This document shows, piece by piece, positions 1 to 11,700 of a stretch of DNA of 64,000 nucleotides. Each line of letters starts with the position of its first letter. The stretch's first letter is position 1. The notes under the pieces are model-generated. The model ran no database searches and was not told where the DNA came from. It worked only from the letters and a program-made list of their open reading frames with translations. Location of the stretch: contig OZ316776.1 of NCBI GenBank assembly GCA_973851085.1, forward strand, positions 11,470,001 to 11,534,000, read 5' to 3'. The stretch comes from Ptychomitrium polyphyllum. Lineage: Eukaryota. The translations under genes were made by a program, and so were the position numbers.

Positions 1-1442
1 ATTTATGTTTTAAGGCAAATCCAAAAAAAGTTAAAAATTGAAAGAAATCCTTTTTTTTCTTCTTTATTTTTAATTGTAATAGTCTTTTAAATTTCTAAAT
101 CATAAGGTCCATGGAGGTGTTTTTGGTATCATTTGAAAGCTTTCAATAAAAAAAAGCATACATCACAATTTCACAAGTTTTAAAACTATGGTGTGACATA
201 TGTTAAACTTCAAAGTATTTTAATTTTTTCTTTTTAATTTTATTGTTATAGAAGATTTTAAGATTTTTCTATCAACTTGTTTTGCTAAGCAATTGCTATA
301 ATAGAACCAATGATCCAAAACATATTGTTTCATATTAAAATAAAAATTGGTATTTTCTTTGTTTATTTGTAATATTATTATTTTTTTAAAAACCAATACA
401 AATTGCTAATCACTTTACACCAAATAAAACTTTTTTTGGATTGGAAAATTTATATAGATTTAAAATAAAACATGAACTTTTTTCTTGCCCTCTATTTTTT
501 CAAGAAATAAGGTCTTTAAATGTTCTAATCCTTTAAGGTGCAATATTAACAAACTTCCCATAACCTCAAAGCAATTGGTCTATTTTTACTTCTAATTTAA
601 GAAATCAGATTGAAAAGGTTTTTACAACAAGAGTAACTTTACATTTTAATGAGCCTTTGTTGGTGGACTTGTCTTTGTAGCGTCACACTATCAGTTTGCC
701 TACGGCCATAATTTATATATTTCAACGAGTTTTGACTTTGTCTCTTCAACAAAAAAAATAAAAAGGAAGTTCTGCTAACAACCGCTCAACCCAGCGGACC
801 GAGAGGGACACACAAAGAATTCCAAAAGCTTCAAGCAAATGTAAAAGAAGCGTACATTACGACCAATGTAAACGAAGTCAAAGGAGAGCATGGAAAAAAC
901 AAAATACAAATCTTTTTCCATGCACCCCGTATTAAAAGCCTGCCCCCATCTCCAACGCCACCACGCCCCGCGAAGGGAAGAACAGACCAGAACTCGATAA
1001 AAAGATAAACAGCCACGCTGGCAGCCCAGGCGTCGCCGTGGCAGGCCGCCTCCCGCAACGACCGTCGCGTGCGACGGAAGAAAAGCCCCCCACACGCAGG
1101 GACGAGGGAAGCAACGCCTGTCGCGACGGACAGCAAGACAGCAAGCGACGGCCCTGTCGCAAGGCGCAAGTCGCAAGTCGCAAGCGCGCTGGGCCGGAAC
1201 AACAGAAACCCTCTAGAAACCAGTGCCGTCCTGGCGCTGCGTGTGTTTCTCTCCGTCTGGCCCTCCAGGTAGCGCTCTGCTCCCGCTCTGCCGCTCCGGT
1301 ATCGCCCCTGCATCCCCTTGCGCTCTCTCCTCTCCCCTCCCTTCCCTGCAGCTGCGTCCGGCCACGATTTTCCACCCCGGGCTCGTCGTCTGGAGGTTTC
1401 TGTGCGTTCAGAGCGCACTGTTGGATGCACCCGGAGTGAACG

Positions 1443-1670
1443 AGAGCGAGAGAGAGAGAGAGAGAGCGGGTTAAGGTTGTGGAGGACTGGAACCGCAGCA
1501 CGGGAATTGGAGTTCTTACAGACGTTTCGGTGAGTTGGAGGTTATGTAAGAGTTTGACTGCGACTGAGTTGATTGTTGGCGTTTTTGTGGAGTGTTGGTT
1601 CTTTTGTGTTGAGAGGAGAGAGGAGAGAGGAAAGAGGAGAGGAGAGGAGAGGAGAGGAGAGGAGAGGGGG
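1443..1670 (+). repeat. GA-rich simple repeats: (GA)n at about 1443-1467 in the 5'UTR and (GAGAG)n at about 1611-1670 in the leader intron
   Basis: Directly visible. GA tracts near plant TSSs are typical BBR/BPC sites (inference). Confidence 0.85.
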
Positions 1671-3498
1671 AGAGTGCGGTTGTGTTGGTTGTTTTGTGTT
1701 GGAGAGGAGTTAAGTTAAGGTGGAGTATTCGTTTTGGGCGTGGGGGAGGGGATTCAGGTGCAGTTGTTTTGTGTTGTTGATGGTTAGGGGGAGGTGCTTG
1801 GAGAGGGCGGAGTTGAGAGTTGAGAGCGATAGTGGACCGTTACTTATGTAGAGGAGGGAGGATCGTGGTCGTGATTGTGTTGGAGAAGTGAGGTTGTTGC
1901 GAGTGTTCTTAACCCGTTTCCGGGCTCGGAGGCGCCAGAACTTGAGAAGGAGCGGGGGTTGATTGTACGAATGTTTGGTTGTTTGTCTTTTTGACTCGGC
2001 CTGTCTCGGAAATTCTTCTGCAGGTTTTGTGACTACAGTTGCGGTTAATTTCTTCGTTGCGAAGTTGCGTCTGCGGAGTGGTGATTCTGGTAAAGCCGGT
2101 TGCTTTTGCATGGTGAATTACGTTACTGTGCTGTCGTCGTTCTGGGGTGTCGTGCTTTTGCTTCGGGAGGTTTTAACCTTGCGTGATTAATCGCATAGGC
2201 TGGTTTGTGGCGTTGTCTTTTGGACGATCACGCTTTCGATGTTATTCTGTTTATACTAGAGGTCTCGTATAATGAATGGTTGGTGACGAGTTGTCCTTTG
2301 TACGACATGTTCATGGTTTCCCGTATGCCCGGCTTCGCCGTTGCCTAGGCTTGTTAGCTTGCTCACTTGAAGTAATTTCTGCTGGTTACTGTGGAGAAGT
2401 TGTAGATATTCGTTTTCGGGGTTTATGCTGTCTTCTTCGTCCCATCGGTTGAGTGTCTGGCTTGCACATGGTTTACATCTCTGAAGCCGGCGGACGATAT
2501 GTGGATTATGACAGTTTTCGTGATTATATGTATTTTTTGGGTATATATCTGAATTAATTTTTTAAATATAGGCTTTACGGTTTTCCTGTATTCCCGTGCT
2601 GCCGGAAATAGTGGTGCTTCGTATAGACACGACTTACTGGGACTATTATGAACGAAGTGCTACGCTTGTTCCTGTCTTGTTTTGGTTAATACGTAGCACC
2701 CAAGAGATGCATTCAGGAGTATGGGTTAGAATTTTACTTTCCATATTTGTTTAGCAGCCGCTCAATATCCAGTGCCTTTGGTAAGAGTTGTATAGATAAC
2801 TCGTGTGTGCGCTTCTCTGGTAAATTCTGTAGGTTTTGCAACGGACTTTGTCTTTTCGTAGTGTTTAATTGTGGCAAGTAGGAATTTTCTACACTGGTTT
2901 AGTCCTGCACTAGAGTGACCAACAAGAATTATTTTCAACAACTATACAGATTCTTTATTGTTATATGTTGTAACGACCATGGCTTATCGTTCCCTCCCAG
3001 CTCTGAGTAGATAATCGTTGCATCATTAAACGTTTTATTTTGAAATGAATCGTTGTTGGTATGCCGTACGATGGTTAATTCCGTTGCGGGGATTTGCAAA
3101 GAAGTTTCTAGTTCCACAATAATCCAATTTTCTTTAAATTTTCAACTAAAGAAACGAGGTTTGAGACTAGGCAATGCGTAGACATTTATTAGGTTTCTGC
3201 TTTTACAGATGTTACAGTTAATTGTATTGACTTAATCAGGTTTCGGTATACCTCCAGTTCAGTTTTGCTTGGTCGGACGTTTGCTCGATTACTTTCCAGA
3301 TTCTAAGTATTCTTCGTGGCAGTGTGACAAATCATCTGAAGGTGTTTTGAGCGAATCTAATGTTCTCTTAAGTACTGTATTTTTGAGTTTTCTATACCTT
3401 TTCTTGAGTAAAAGTATGTGATAGTATCCGATCTACTCAACACTTTAACTTTAGTTCTTATCGAAGCTTGCGTTGGCAGTGTTGAACAAGGACTAAAA

Positions 3499-5440
3499 AT
3501 GGGCCCAAAAGCATATGCGATTAAGAGCAGTGGCAATGCCACCAAGGAATCTTCGTGGATGGACCGGATGTGTCAGAAATTTGAGACGTACTGCGACTTG
3601 GGAGAGTCTGGCCGGGGACCCTCGCTGATTATCCAGGTATAACATATTCATGCACTTTGCTTATAAGCAAATTGTGTTGTTGGATCTGAAATAGCCGTGA
3701 GTAATAATTAGAGATACGCTTTTGCTACTTTCTTTTATTTGCAGTGTTTACCATAATGATTTAGTGGTACTCTTCCAAGTTTCATCATTACCACGCTCTT
3801 GAAAAGGTAGCGAGAGTAAGTTACATTGTGCACCAAAATAGGGTTACCTTTTAGTCCATTTGCGGTGTGAGAATTTCTGCCGCTGTTCTTTCTGGCTTTT
3901 GCATTGTTCGGGTGAGAATATGACTCACTAGTTTTAATCTAGGTTTATTTTCACACCCAAGCCGTGTGGGATCTTCTCACTTAGTTGGTGTTCGATTTGA
4001 TGTGTTCATAACAGGAAATTGAGGTGCAATTCAACACCTTTGGCGCTGGCTTGCGCAAGTTTGCTAATGAAGCCAATGATTTTGTGCAAGATCTGCTCAA
4101 TGTCCCCGTGACTCCCAACGAAGGAATTGGGGAGAAGGTGGTGGACTTGCCAAAACAACGTGATTTGAAAGCAGTGCACGGAAATCAGCAGGTTGCTAAG
4201 CAGCCAGCTAAGCAAGCAGCTGTAGCTGCTCCCATGAACTTTTTTGATGAAGCTTGTATGAAGATGAGCAAGAAAGGTAGTTAAAATGCTGAACTTATTT
4301 ACTGAAACCATTGTCTGCTTTCACCTGCTCGGAATATTCTTCGCTCAATTTCTGGCAGGCATCTCTCTGTAATTTTACTGGCTCTTAAAGAGTGTCGCCT
4401 TAGGTTTCTTAGGGTTTGGTTTTCAAAAATAAAATAAAATAATGTCTAGTCATTAGATTGGCTGGTCAAATTGAATACTGTATGTTTGTCTAGTGAACAG
4501 GGGAGGTCAGAAAACGTTGCAACAGAGAAGTTGTGCCTTTGTGCGAGCCAACTCAAGTAGTCGAGAAAGTTTGAGCACTCTGATTTTTAACAAGTTTCTT
4601 GCAGTAGGAGTCATACTTGAAGTTGCTGGATGCTTGCAGGTGAGTCAAAGGAGGATTGTGATTCAGACTACGGCAACCGCAGAGCTTTGAAGGTTCTTCC
4701 TGTTGAGGACGGCGACAACTTTCCTTTTGGCGAGGTTGCATGGGATTGGCCGCAGCAACCATACACTCAGTCTGTGGAAGCTCATATTGAGCCACAGTAC
4801 CAAGAAGTGGGACAGGCCAGCTGTACATCCTTGGATTTATCAGATTCCGAAATAGACGCTTTTGTGAAGGTTACATCTAATTTCCTGTGATTTAGAATGA
4901 AGAACACCTAGAGTTCTGAATACTGTATCAGCATTTGCTGTTTATACAATCGCCTTGGTTATCAACAGTAGTTGTTGATCTGTACATTGTTTTTTTGGCA
5001 ATCAAAACGATAGCCTTCAGTTATTTCTCGAACCAGTTTTCTTGCTCCGACGTCTTGGCAATCTAATTTACGTTGTAGAAGAGTTCTTTCATGTCAGATG
5101 GATTTTATGAATTTTCATGATCAGTCCCTAATTTATTTTTGTCTTACCTCGACAGGACGAGATAGTGGCTCACATCAGTGAGGACGTGAAGAACGCAAAT
5201 GAGATGGTGGGGGACGTGAAGAACGCGAGCGAAATGGTGGAGGATGTGAAGAATGCAAATGAGATGGTGGAAGGAGAAGCTCAATCTACTGCGACTTGGT
5301 CACCTACGGATGATGCAAAGGAATCTCGGAGGCATGCAACATCTGATTCATCTCTTTTGGATGGCTGGGAGGGTGATGATATCATTATCGATGAGGACGA
5401 GGAGGACGAGCCTGATTTGGATGATTGGGAAATTGTGTGA
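3499..5440 (+). CDS. ATI3-like protein (~304 aa) with acidic C-terminal ATG8-interacting (AIM/LIR) motif; exons 3499-3636, 4015-4276, 4640-4869, 5156-5440; 5'UTR intron about 1530-3479
   Basis: Four exons with GT/AG borders join in frame (915 nt). The N-terminal WMDRMCQKFETYC resembles the W..xYQKFEAMC block of ATI3/At2g31130-type proteins (recalled, not searched). The protein ends ...DEDEEDEPDLDDWEIV*. Confidence 0.7.
5180..5269 (+). repeat. 30-bp coding tandem repeat x3 (E/G-DVKNA-N/S-EMV)
   Basis: The unit gaggacgtgaagaacgcaaatgagatggtg is repeated three times with a few substitutions. Confidence 0.9.
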
Positions 5441-6271
5441 TCGGGATTTATTTATGTCAATACTTGAGAGGGTCCAGTGATTTGCAAGGGTAAGTGGCCG
5501 AGTTGCCCAGCTATTTACCACTTACCATAAATAGCTATGATAGTCCGGTTCCTCGTGTTTTGTATGTGCATATCCTCCAGCTCCTAATTCTCCTCTCAAC
5601 CCTCACTGAGACTAAAGAAAGGACATACTTTTGTAGGAGTAGAGCAGCCGTGTGGTCGACGCAGCCTCAGCCCATGATCCAAAAACCAAAGTACATATTG
5701 ATAACCTCAGGAGTACAGAAACGTCTGGACGCCTTGTCTAAATAATTGACTTATACATAAAGGGGACTTGGGCTCCTCCACAACTTTGCTCATTTTTTGT
5801 TATTAATTTTCGTGTACTCATCAATTTGCACGACCTATTTTCTTTAAGGTCCACTGAGCTCTTACTTCTCGAAGTTGTAAAGACGCATGGTGTAGAGCAC
5901 CCTGCCGTGAAGCACCTGACATTCAACAACCTACAATCGTGTTTTGAGATGTTCAGCTTCGATCAAGTCCTGCACTTCATGGGTGCATTTCACATTTGGA
6001 CTTGAACTTGTAATTTGGTGCTTTTACTTTCTAACTTTAAGATTTTACTCTTATTTTAAGTCACTCTTTTACTTTTCTTAAATATTAGTGGTTAGTTTAT
6101 AAAATAGCGTACATATTTCTTTTGCTTTTTTCTTTCTCTTTCCCTATTAAGATGTATTTGTCCAACAAATCTATGGTTGTATTCATTAATATTTGATAGT
6201 TTATTTGCATTTTATTTAAAAATACGTTTTGTACGTATTAAACTACCATTTGAGTATTATGTGGTTAACGC

Positions 6272-7603
6272 ATGATGGAGGGTTGTCAGAGAAAAGATGA
6301 TGAATTAAATAGTGAAGGGTGTCAAATAGGTGCCACCAACACAATATTCAATAGTGGAGTTAGTGATGCCAAGTATGATCTGTTTGAAAGTAGTGGTGAA
6401 GCCTTTCACTTACATCCAAATCCACAAGAATATCCCAGCAGAATGAATCCAAATCACAAATCACCAAGCTATACAAATTCAAATCCAAATCCAGAAGGAT
6501 GTTCTAATAGTATGAATCCACATCAAAATCCACATGGACTTCCCAGTAATATGAGTCCAGATTACCAATTACCAAGTTACATGAATTCACATCAAAATTC
6601 AGAAGGATATTCCAATACTATGAATCCATATCATCATCAGTTACCAGGTTATATGAATGACGGAGAAACACATCATGAAAATAGATGTGTGTATGAACAA
6701 CCTTTTCAGCCTCAGCTTCAGCCTCAACCACCAGTTCAGTATGTTTACAATATGCAAATTTATCAACAACCAACACAAAGTGTGCTCAACAGAGGACAAA
6801 TGCAATCTAATCTGTTATTGAATCAAAATGTATCTCAGAATCAAGTATTGTGTGAACAACTTCAACAAATTCATCAACAGACATCTCCACACCTGGTTTT
6901 GCATGGAGTTGCATGTTTTAATTCTAATTCAAATGTGATGGGTCATCAGTTTCAACAGCTCCCACAATTTCTTCCGCAACAAGTACCAACACATATTTCT
7001 CACCCTAGCTCAAATACAGGTGATGTGCAATCTATTGGTTTACAACAACCTTATTCAATGAGTGAAAAAATGAAGAAAGAAACACTTGAGGTTGAAGAAA
7101 CAGTTTCACAATCGCTCAAAGAGAATGAATTAGAATCTTTGCCAGATTTTTTAACAGTCGAAGATGTGAAAAATGCTAAGGGTAAGTTATATGGCAATGC
7201 AAGTTGCTTGTCTTTACCCTCCAGTGGTGCAAATGTCTACACTGAAGAGAGTAGAGCTAAAGGAAAGCTTAGAAATGCTCATACACAAATTCATACACTG
7301 ATGGCCAAGCAACATCCATCATCTTCCAATGATGACAAACATAACCAACATCCATCAGCCTTTATCACTCAAGAAAAGACTCTTCAACAATCTATGAAGG
7401 GGGGTCCAAGAGGAAGGCCAAGAAATATCTATGAGCCTGATGATCTTCTTGGCATTGAAAAGAAATGTCCTCAACTTGAATGTGGATCAACAAATACCAA
7501 GTTCCAATACTTCAACAATGTGAAAACTGCCGGCAAGGACCAACCACGCTATAAATGTTTACACTGCAGCAAAAAGTTCACCTATTACAAACCAAAAGAT
7601 TAA
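6272..7603 (+). CDS. Intronless 443-aa Q/N/P-rich protein with AT-hook and divergent C-terminal Dof-like C2C2 zinc finger
   Basis: 1332-bp open frame in AT-rich DNA. It contains PRGRPR (7406-7423), then CPQLECGSTNTKFQYFNN...QPRYKCLHC, which matches the Dof signature CPRCxSTNTKFCYYNN...QPRxxCxxC. Confidence 0.75.
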   Translation: MMEGCQRKDDELNSEGCQIGATNTIFNSGVSDAKYDLFESSGEAFHLHPNPQEYPSRMNPNHKSPSYTNSNPNPEGCSNSMNPHQNPHGLPSNMSPDYQLPSYMNSHQNSEGYSNTMNPYHHQLPGYMNDGETHHENRCVYEQPFQPQLQPQPPVQYVYNMQIYQQPTQSVLNRGQMQSNLLLNQNVSQNQVLCEQLQQIHQQTSPHLVLHGVACFNSNSNVMGHQFQQLPQFLPQQVPTHISHPSSNTGDVQSIGLQQPYSMSEKMKKETLEVEETVSQSLKENELESLPDFLTVEDVKNAKGKLYGNASCLSLPSSGANVYTEESRAKGKLRNAHTQIHTLMAKQHPSSSNDDKHNQHPSAFITQEKTLQQSMKGGPRGRPRNIYEPDDLLGIEKKCPQLECGSTNTKFQYFNNVKTAGKDQPRYKCLHCSKKFTYYKPKD

Positions 7604-8714
7604 CTTTTGAAACACAAACCATGTTGTTTTTAGTCTTCATTCAGATTAAACAGTTGTAATGAAAAGTCATCAGTCAAATGTTGATGGAAGCAATGAAAAG
7701 ACAAAAATAGCATCATATCATAACACCAAACCATTTTTTGTTTTATTGTAAGCGAGTTAACTGAATTATCTATCGACGGTCACAACAACCTATGGAGTAA
7801 AATTTTCTACGTGCCTACAATATTAAAAACAATGTTATGCACATACATATATACGAACTTACAATCTACAAAACACATTGCACAATAAGGAAAATTATTA
7901 CTAATATCCGTTATCACATATGAAAATCAACCTAGAGAAAACCAAAAACCTGTGTAGTAAAATAATGAATGTATACAAAGAAAAGAATACAACTTAGAAC
8001 AGGCGCACCCTCCTGCAGCACTGCTCTGAAGCCCTAACCTTTTACTTTCATTCTCACTTGTCCTCGTCGTGAAGCGGTCCCCAGATGTTCATCCTGGGTA
8101 GAAATCCATCTCGCCTTCTCCCCCGTATCTCCCAGTCTTGTAGATGTAGACTAGTTTTACATTGTAGGTTATCTACATTCTAGGTTCTCCCTGCATTCAC
8201 TTGCGATTGTTCACCTTTTGTAGATTTATATCCTATAACCCCTGCCGGGTGTACATGATGGGCAGATCTCAATCTGGCCGTCGTGGTATTGGAGGCCGGA
8301 AAGGAAGCGAACCCCGAGAGAACGAGGATTTGCGCTGTTTTGTGCACAAGCACGTGAGCTATGGCGATGGTGTCCAAGGCACGGATGCCGAGCAAATAAT
8401 GCTGCCAAGGCACGGGCGTGCCATGTGATCTTTCGCGCCATGGCCACGCGCGCTTGATAGAGCAGGCGATTTCGGCAAGGGTTTGGAGTGCATTCAGTAT
8501 TAAGGGCGGGGGTTGAGGCCTTGAGGTTGCGGATCCATGTTGAGTGAGAGTGGAGCGCGTGGGTTTGCAGGCGTGAGATTAACTGGGACGAGGTTTGAGC
8601 GTTGCGGGGAAATGAGGGAGACCTGAGGAGGCAAGGGTTGGCACAAGACAATGCATTTCTCGCCGAGGGTTTGAACTGGTGTATTGATTGTCTTTAGGCT
8701 TGTCCTCTTTAATC

Positions 8715-11700
8715 ATGGCGACACGGCGCCAGCCTGCGGTTTCGGGTGGTTCGCCCGCCGGTACGTGGCTGCTGGTATTGTTGCTGCTGTTGTTCGGAGT
8801 TCATGTTGACAGTGTATGTTGTCGGGGTGTTTTTAAAGTACCTTTGAAATAACTCGTCTTGTACGTTTTCTAGGGTTTCCGAACGGTCTACTGTCTGAAT
8901 TGTTTTCTCCCCGGTTCGGTTGTTAGGTTCGGTGACGATCGGATCGGTATTTCCTTTGAGTTGGCGAAGTGCCAGGCAACGTAAAACCTAGAATTAACCT
9001 AGAAGGTTTGGGGATGTTGTGTATGAAATTTATGGAACAAAGTTTTTCTAAACGCCAGGGTGTTCGGTTCTCGGAGAATAAGAAGGATCGAGAACGTAGT
9101 CGTGGACCCGAAGTTAGGAGCTGTTCTGTTGGATTTTATCCCTATTCCATCGATAGCTGCCTTGATTGACATCTTAGAATTTCACATTATCGGAGAATTT
9201 AATTGAATCTTATGGGATGACCTTGTGCACTGGATGAGATCCTAATATATTTCAGTTTAGCAAAGGAGAAGAGTGCCATTTCCACTCATACATGGGGCTC
9301 CTTTTCTCAGGAAAGAGTTTAAATTTTCCTGCTCGAGAAGTTTTGGTATGTATCTGTGGTGCATTACTGGCAGCAACTGTCAGGAATTTAGTGACAAGCC
9401 AATATTTTTAGACTGTTGAACCTGGTGAATGTTCTGCTGACGATTGTAGGGCTGAAGATTAAGTTGAGGCCTGGGATAGCAGCAGCAGCAGTGAAGGCAA
9501 GCATAGATAGCCAACCAGAAGACAGTGGGGAAGACGTGGGGGCAGATTCAGGAGATGATTCAGGAGTGAACGAAGGGATGCTGAAAAGGAAACGCGCGTC
9601 GCCGCCTGCATCAAATGTCGCTAATAAAAGACCAGCGAGAGGGGAATCCCCAGTCCCTTTGGGAACTAACGGGGAGCCTGTGGAGGTAGTACCTGGCAAA
9701 AGTGAACGAGTTGCTGGTGATCTTCATGTTGTCAAGCAGCGTGTGGGGCAACCTCATAGCTCAGTTGGAGCTATTTTACAAGCAGAACAAGCTGTGCAAC
9801 TGGGAGATAGGGACTATGAGGAAGTGAAGAAGAGCACTCCAAGCTTAGAAAACTTATCACATGGACAGCTACTCGTGAATTCTGTTACAACCTCCGACCA
9901 GCATGGGGCTTTTATTCCAGGAAGGAGAGCAGGTGCAGATCCGGCAGGGTTTGGTGAACAGTCACATGTGATGTCCACCGGCATGCAGGCTTCGTTGCCT
10001 TCAGGTACACGAGGTCTTAGGACGACTGACGGCATAACTGAACAACACACCATTCCTAGCCATGCGGGTAAGATGTTCTTCATACCTTTTAACGACGCTC
10101 TCCATAAATCGCTGTCCTTTGGGTTTGAGTCAGAGTGGCCACTTCGAGTTTTCAAAGACCACGAGTTAATGAAGAGCTTATGCATACAGATTTTGAAAGG
10201 TAGTCTATTTTCAGGAAACTAAAGTCCTGAGTTACGAGACAACGAGAACGTTTTGTTGAGATCTTGTGAGCTGTAGGTATTTGCATATTCGTAGAACAGA
10301 AGAGCGCATGGATTTCTGCAATTTACTGACTTTGGAATATTGATTTTGGTCCGTATTTTGCAGGTTGGTTTTCATGGACACAAATACACCCTTTGGAGAA
10401 ACGAGGTTTGCCTGAGTTTTTTAACGGCAAAACACCTGGAAAGACCCCAAAACTGTACATGGAGCACCGGAATGCTATTATGAGTAAATATCGAGAGAAT
10501 GTCAAAAAAATAATTACTGTTGCTGATGTTCATGAGATGTTCACTGTCTTGGACGAGAAAACCATATCTCGAGTTCTGGAATTTTTTGATCATTGGGGTC
10601 TTATCAATTATCAGGCCCCTATCGAATTTCGGCCACTTTGGCAAAGCCCTGTCCTCGCCCTAGATTCCGATTTGACAGGCATGTTACGGGCATTGCCTCA
10701 AAAGGGTTCCAGTTTGTACGAGTTTGATAGCCTACGAGCTGCTGTTACCAAGCAAGGTCACCTGAACTGCAAATCAGCCGATGTAGCTATTTCAGAGATG
10801 TTGGCTCTCCCAGAAGGACCAGAAGTGGAGTATCACTGCAATTCTTGTGGTGCTGATTGCAGTAAACAACGCTATCATTGCCAGAAGCAGGTTAGTTTTT
10901 GTCTCAAATGAGTCTTTGAGAATACCTATCATTTCTTAAATCAGTGCTGAGTCGCATGCGCCAAGTTCTCTGCTTCTAAGTTCCAATTTGCAACATCATC
11001 AAATTTTCCTTAATCTGTCATGAATGTCTGATCTTTATCGGCTGGTGGTTGCTGGCAGGCAGATTTCGATTTGTGCTCTAATTGTTACAACGATGGGAAG
11101 TTTGGGCCTGACATGGTATCAACAGATTTCATGAGGATGGATGCTGCAGCGGAAGACAACGCAAATGGTGGCGGTTGGACAGATCAAGAAACTCTTTTGC
11201 TATTGGAGGCTCTAGAGATGTACGAAGACAATTGGACTGAAATAGCTGAGCATGTGGCTACAAAGTCAAAGGCACAATGCATCTTGCATTTCATTCGGCT
11301 TCCTGTTGAAGATCCCTTCTTAGAAGATATGGAGACTGCTGGGACTTCTTTAACTGTTCCATCCCCACCCGTCGTCTTACAGACAGATAACACGATACAA
11401 GGTGAACAGACTGGGGATGGACAAGCAGATACAATACGTGAAAGTATTGCCCATGTACCGAGTACTGATGCTGGATTTCAAGAGATTTCGAGAGATTCAC
11501 AAGGACCGTTTGTAGCTTTTGCTGATGCTCCCAATCCAGTCATGGCTCAGGTAATTTTAGAGTTGTTTGTCTTGAGTTGACATACACAAGCATGTCTGAT
11601 CTTCAATGATGCTAGAAACATAATGATTAGAGTTTTTTGGTGAGGCAATGATCACCCATATTTTTCTACTGTGCACAACCATCACTTGTATGTTTAAAAT

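Noticed and set aside
775..2190. Many overlapping ORFs on both strands
   Set aside because: GC-rich promoter, 5'UTR and leader intron of the 3499 gene, with GA-repeat-derived low complexity; no domains.
8180..8651. ORFs and GC-rich stretch upstream of SWI3D as a separate gene or ncRNA
   Set aside because: No recognisable protein or RNA motifs; best explained as promoter/5'UTR.
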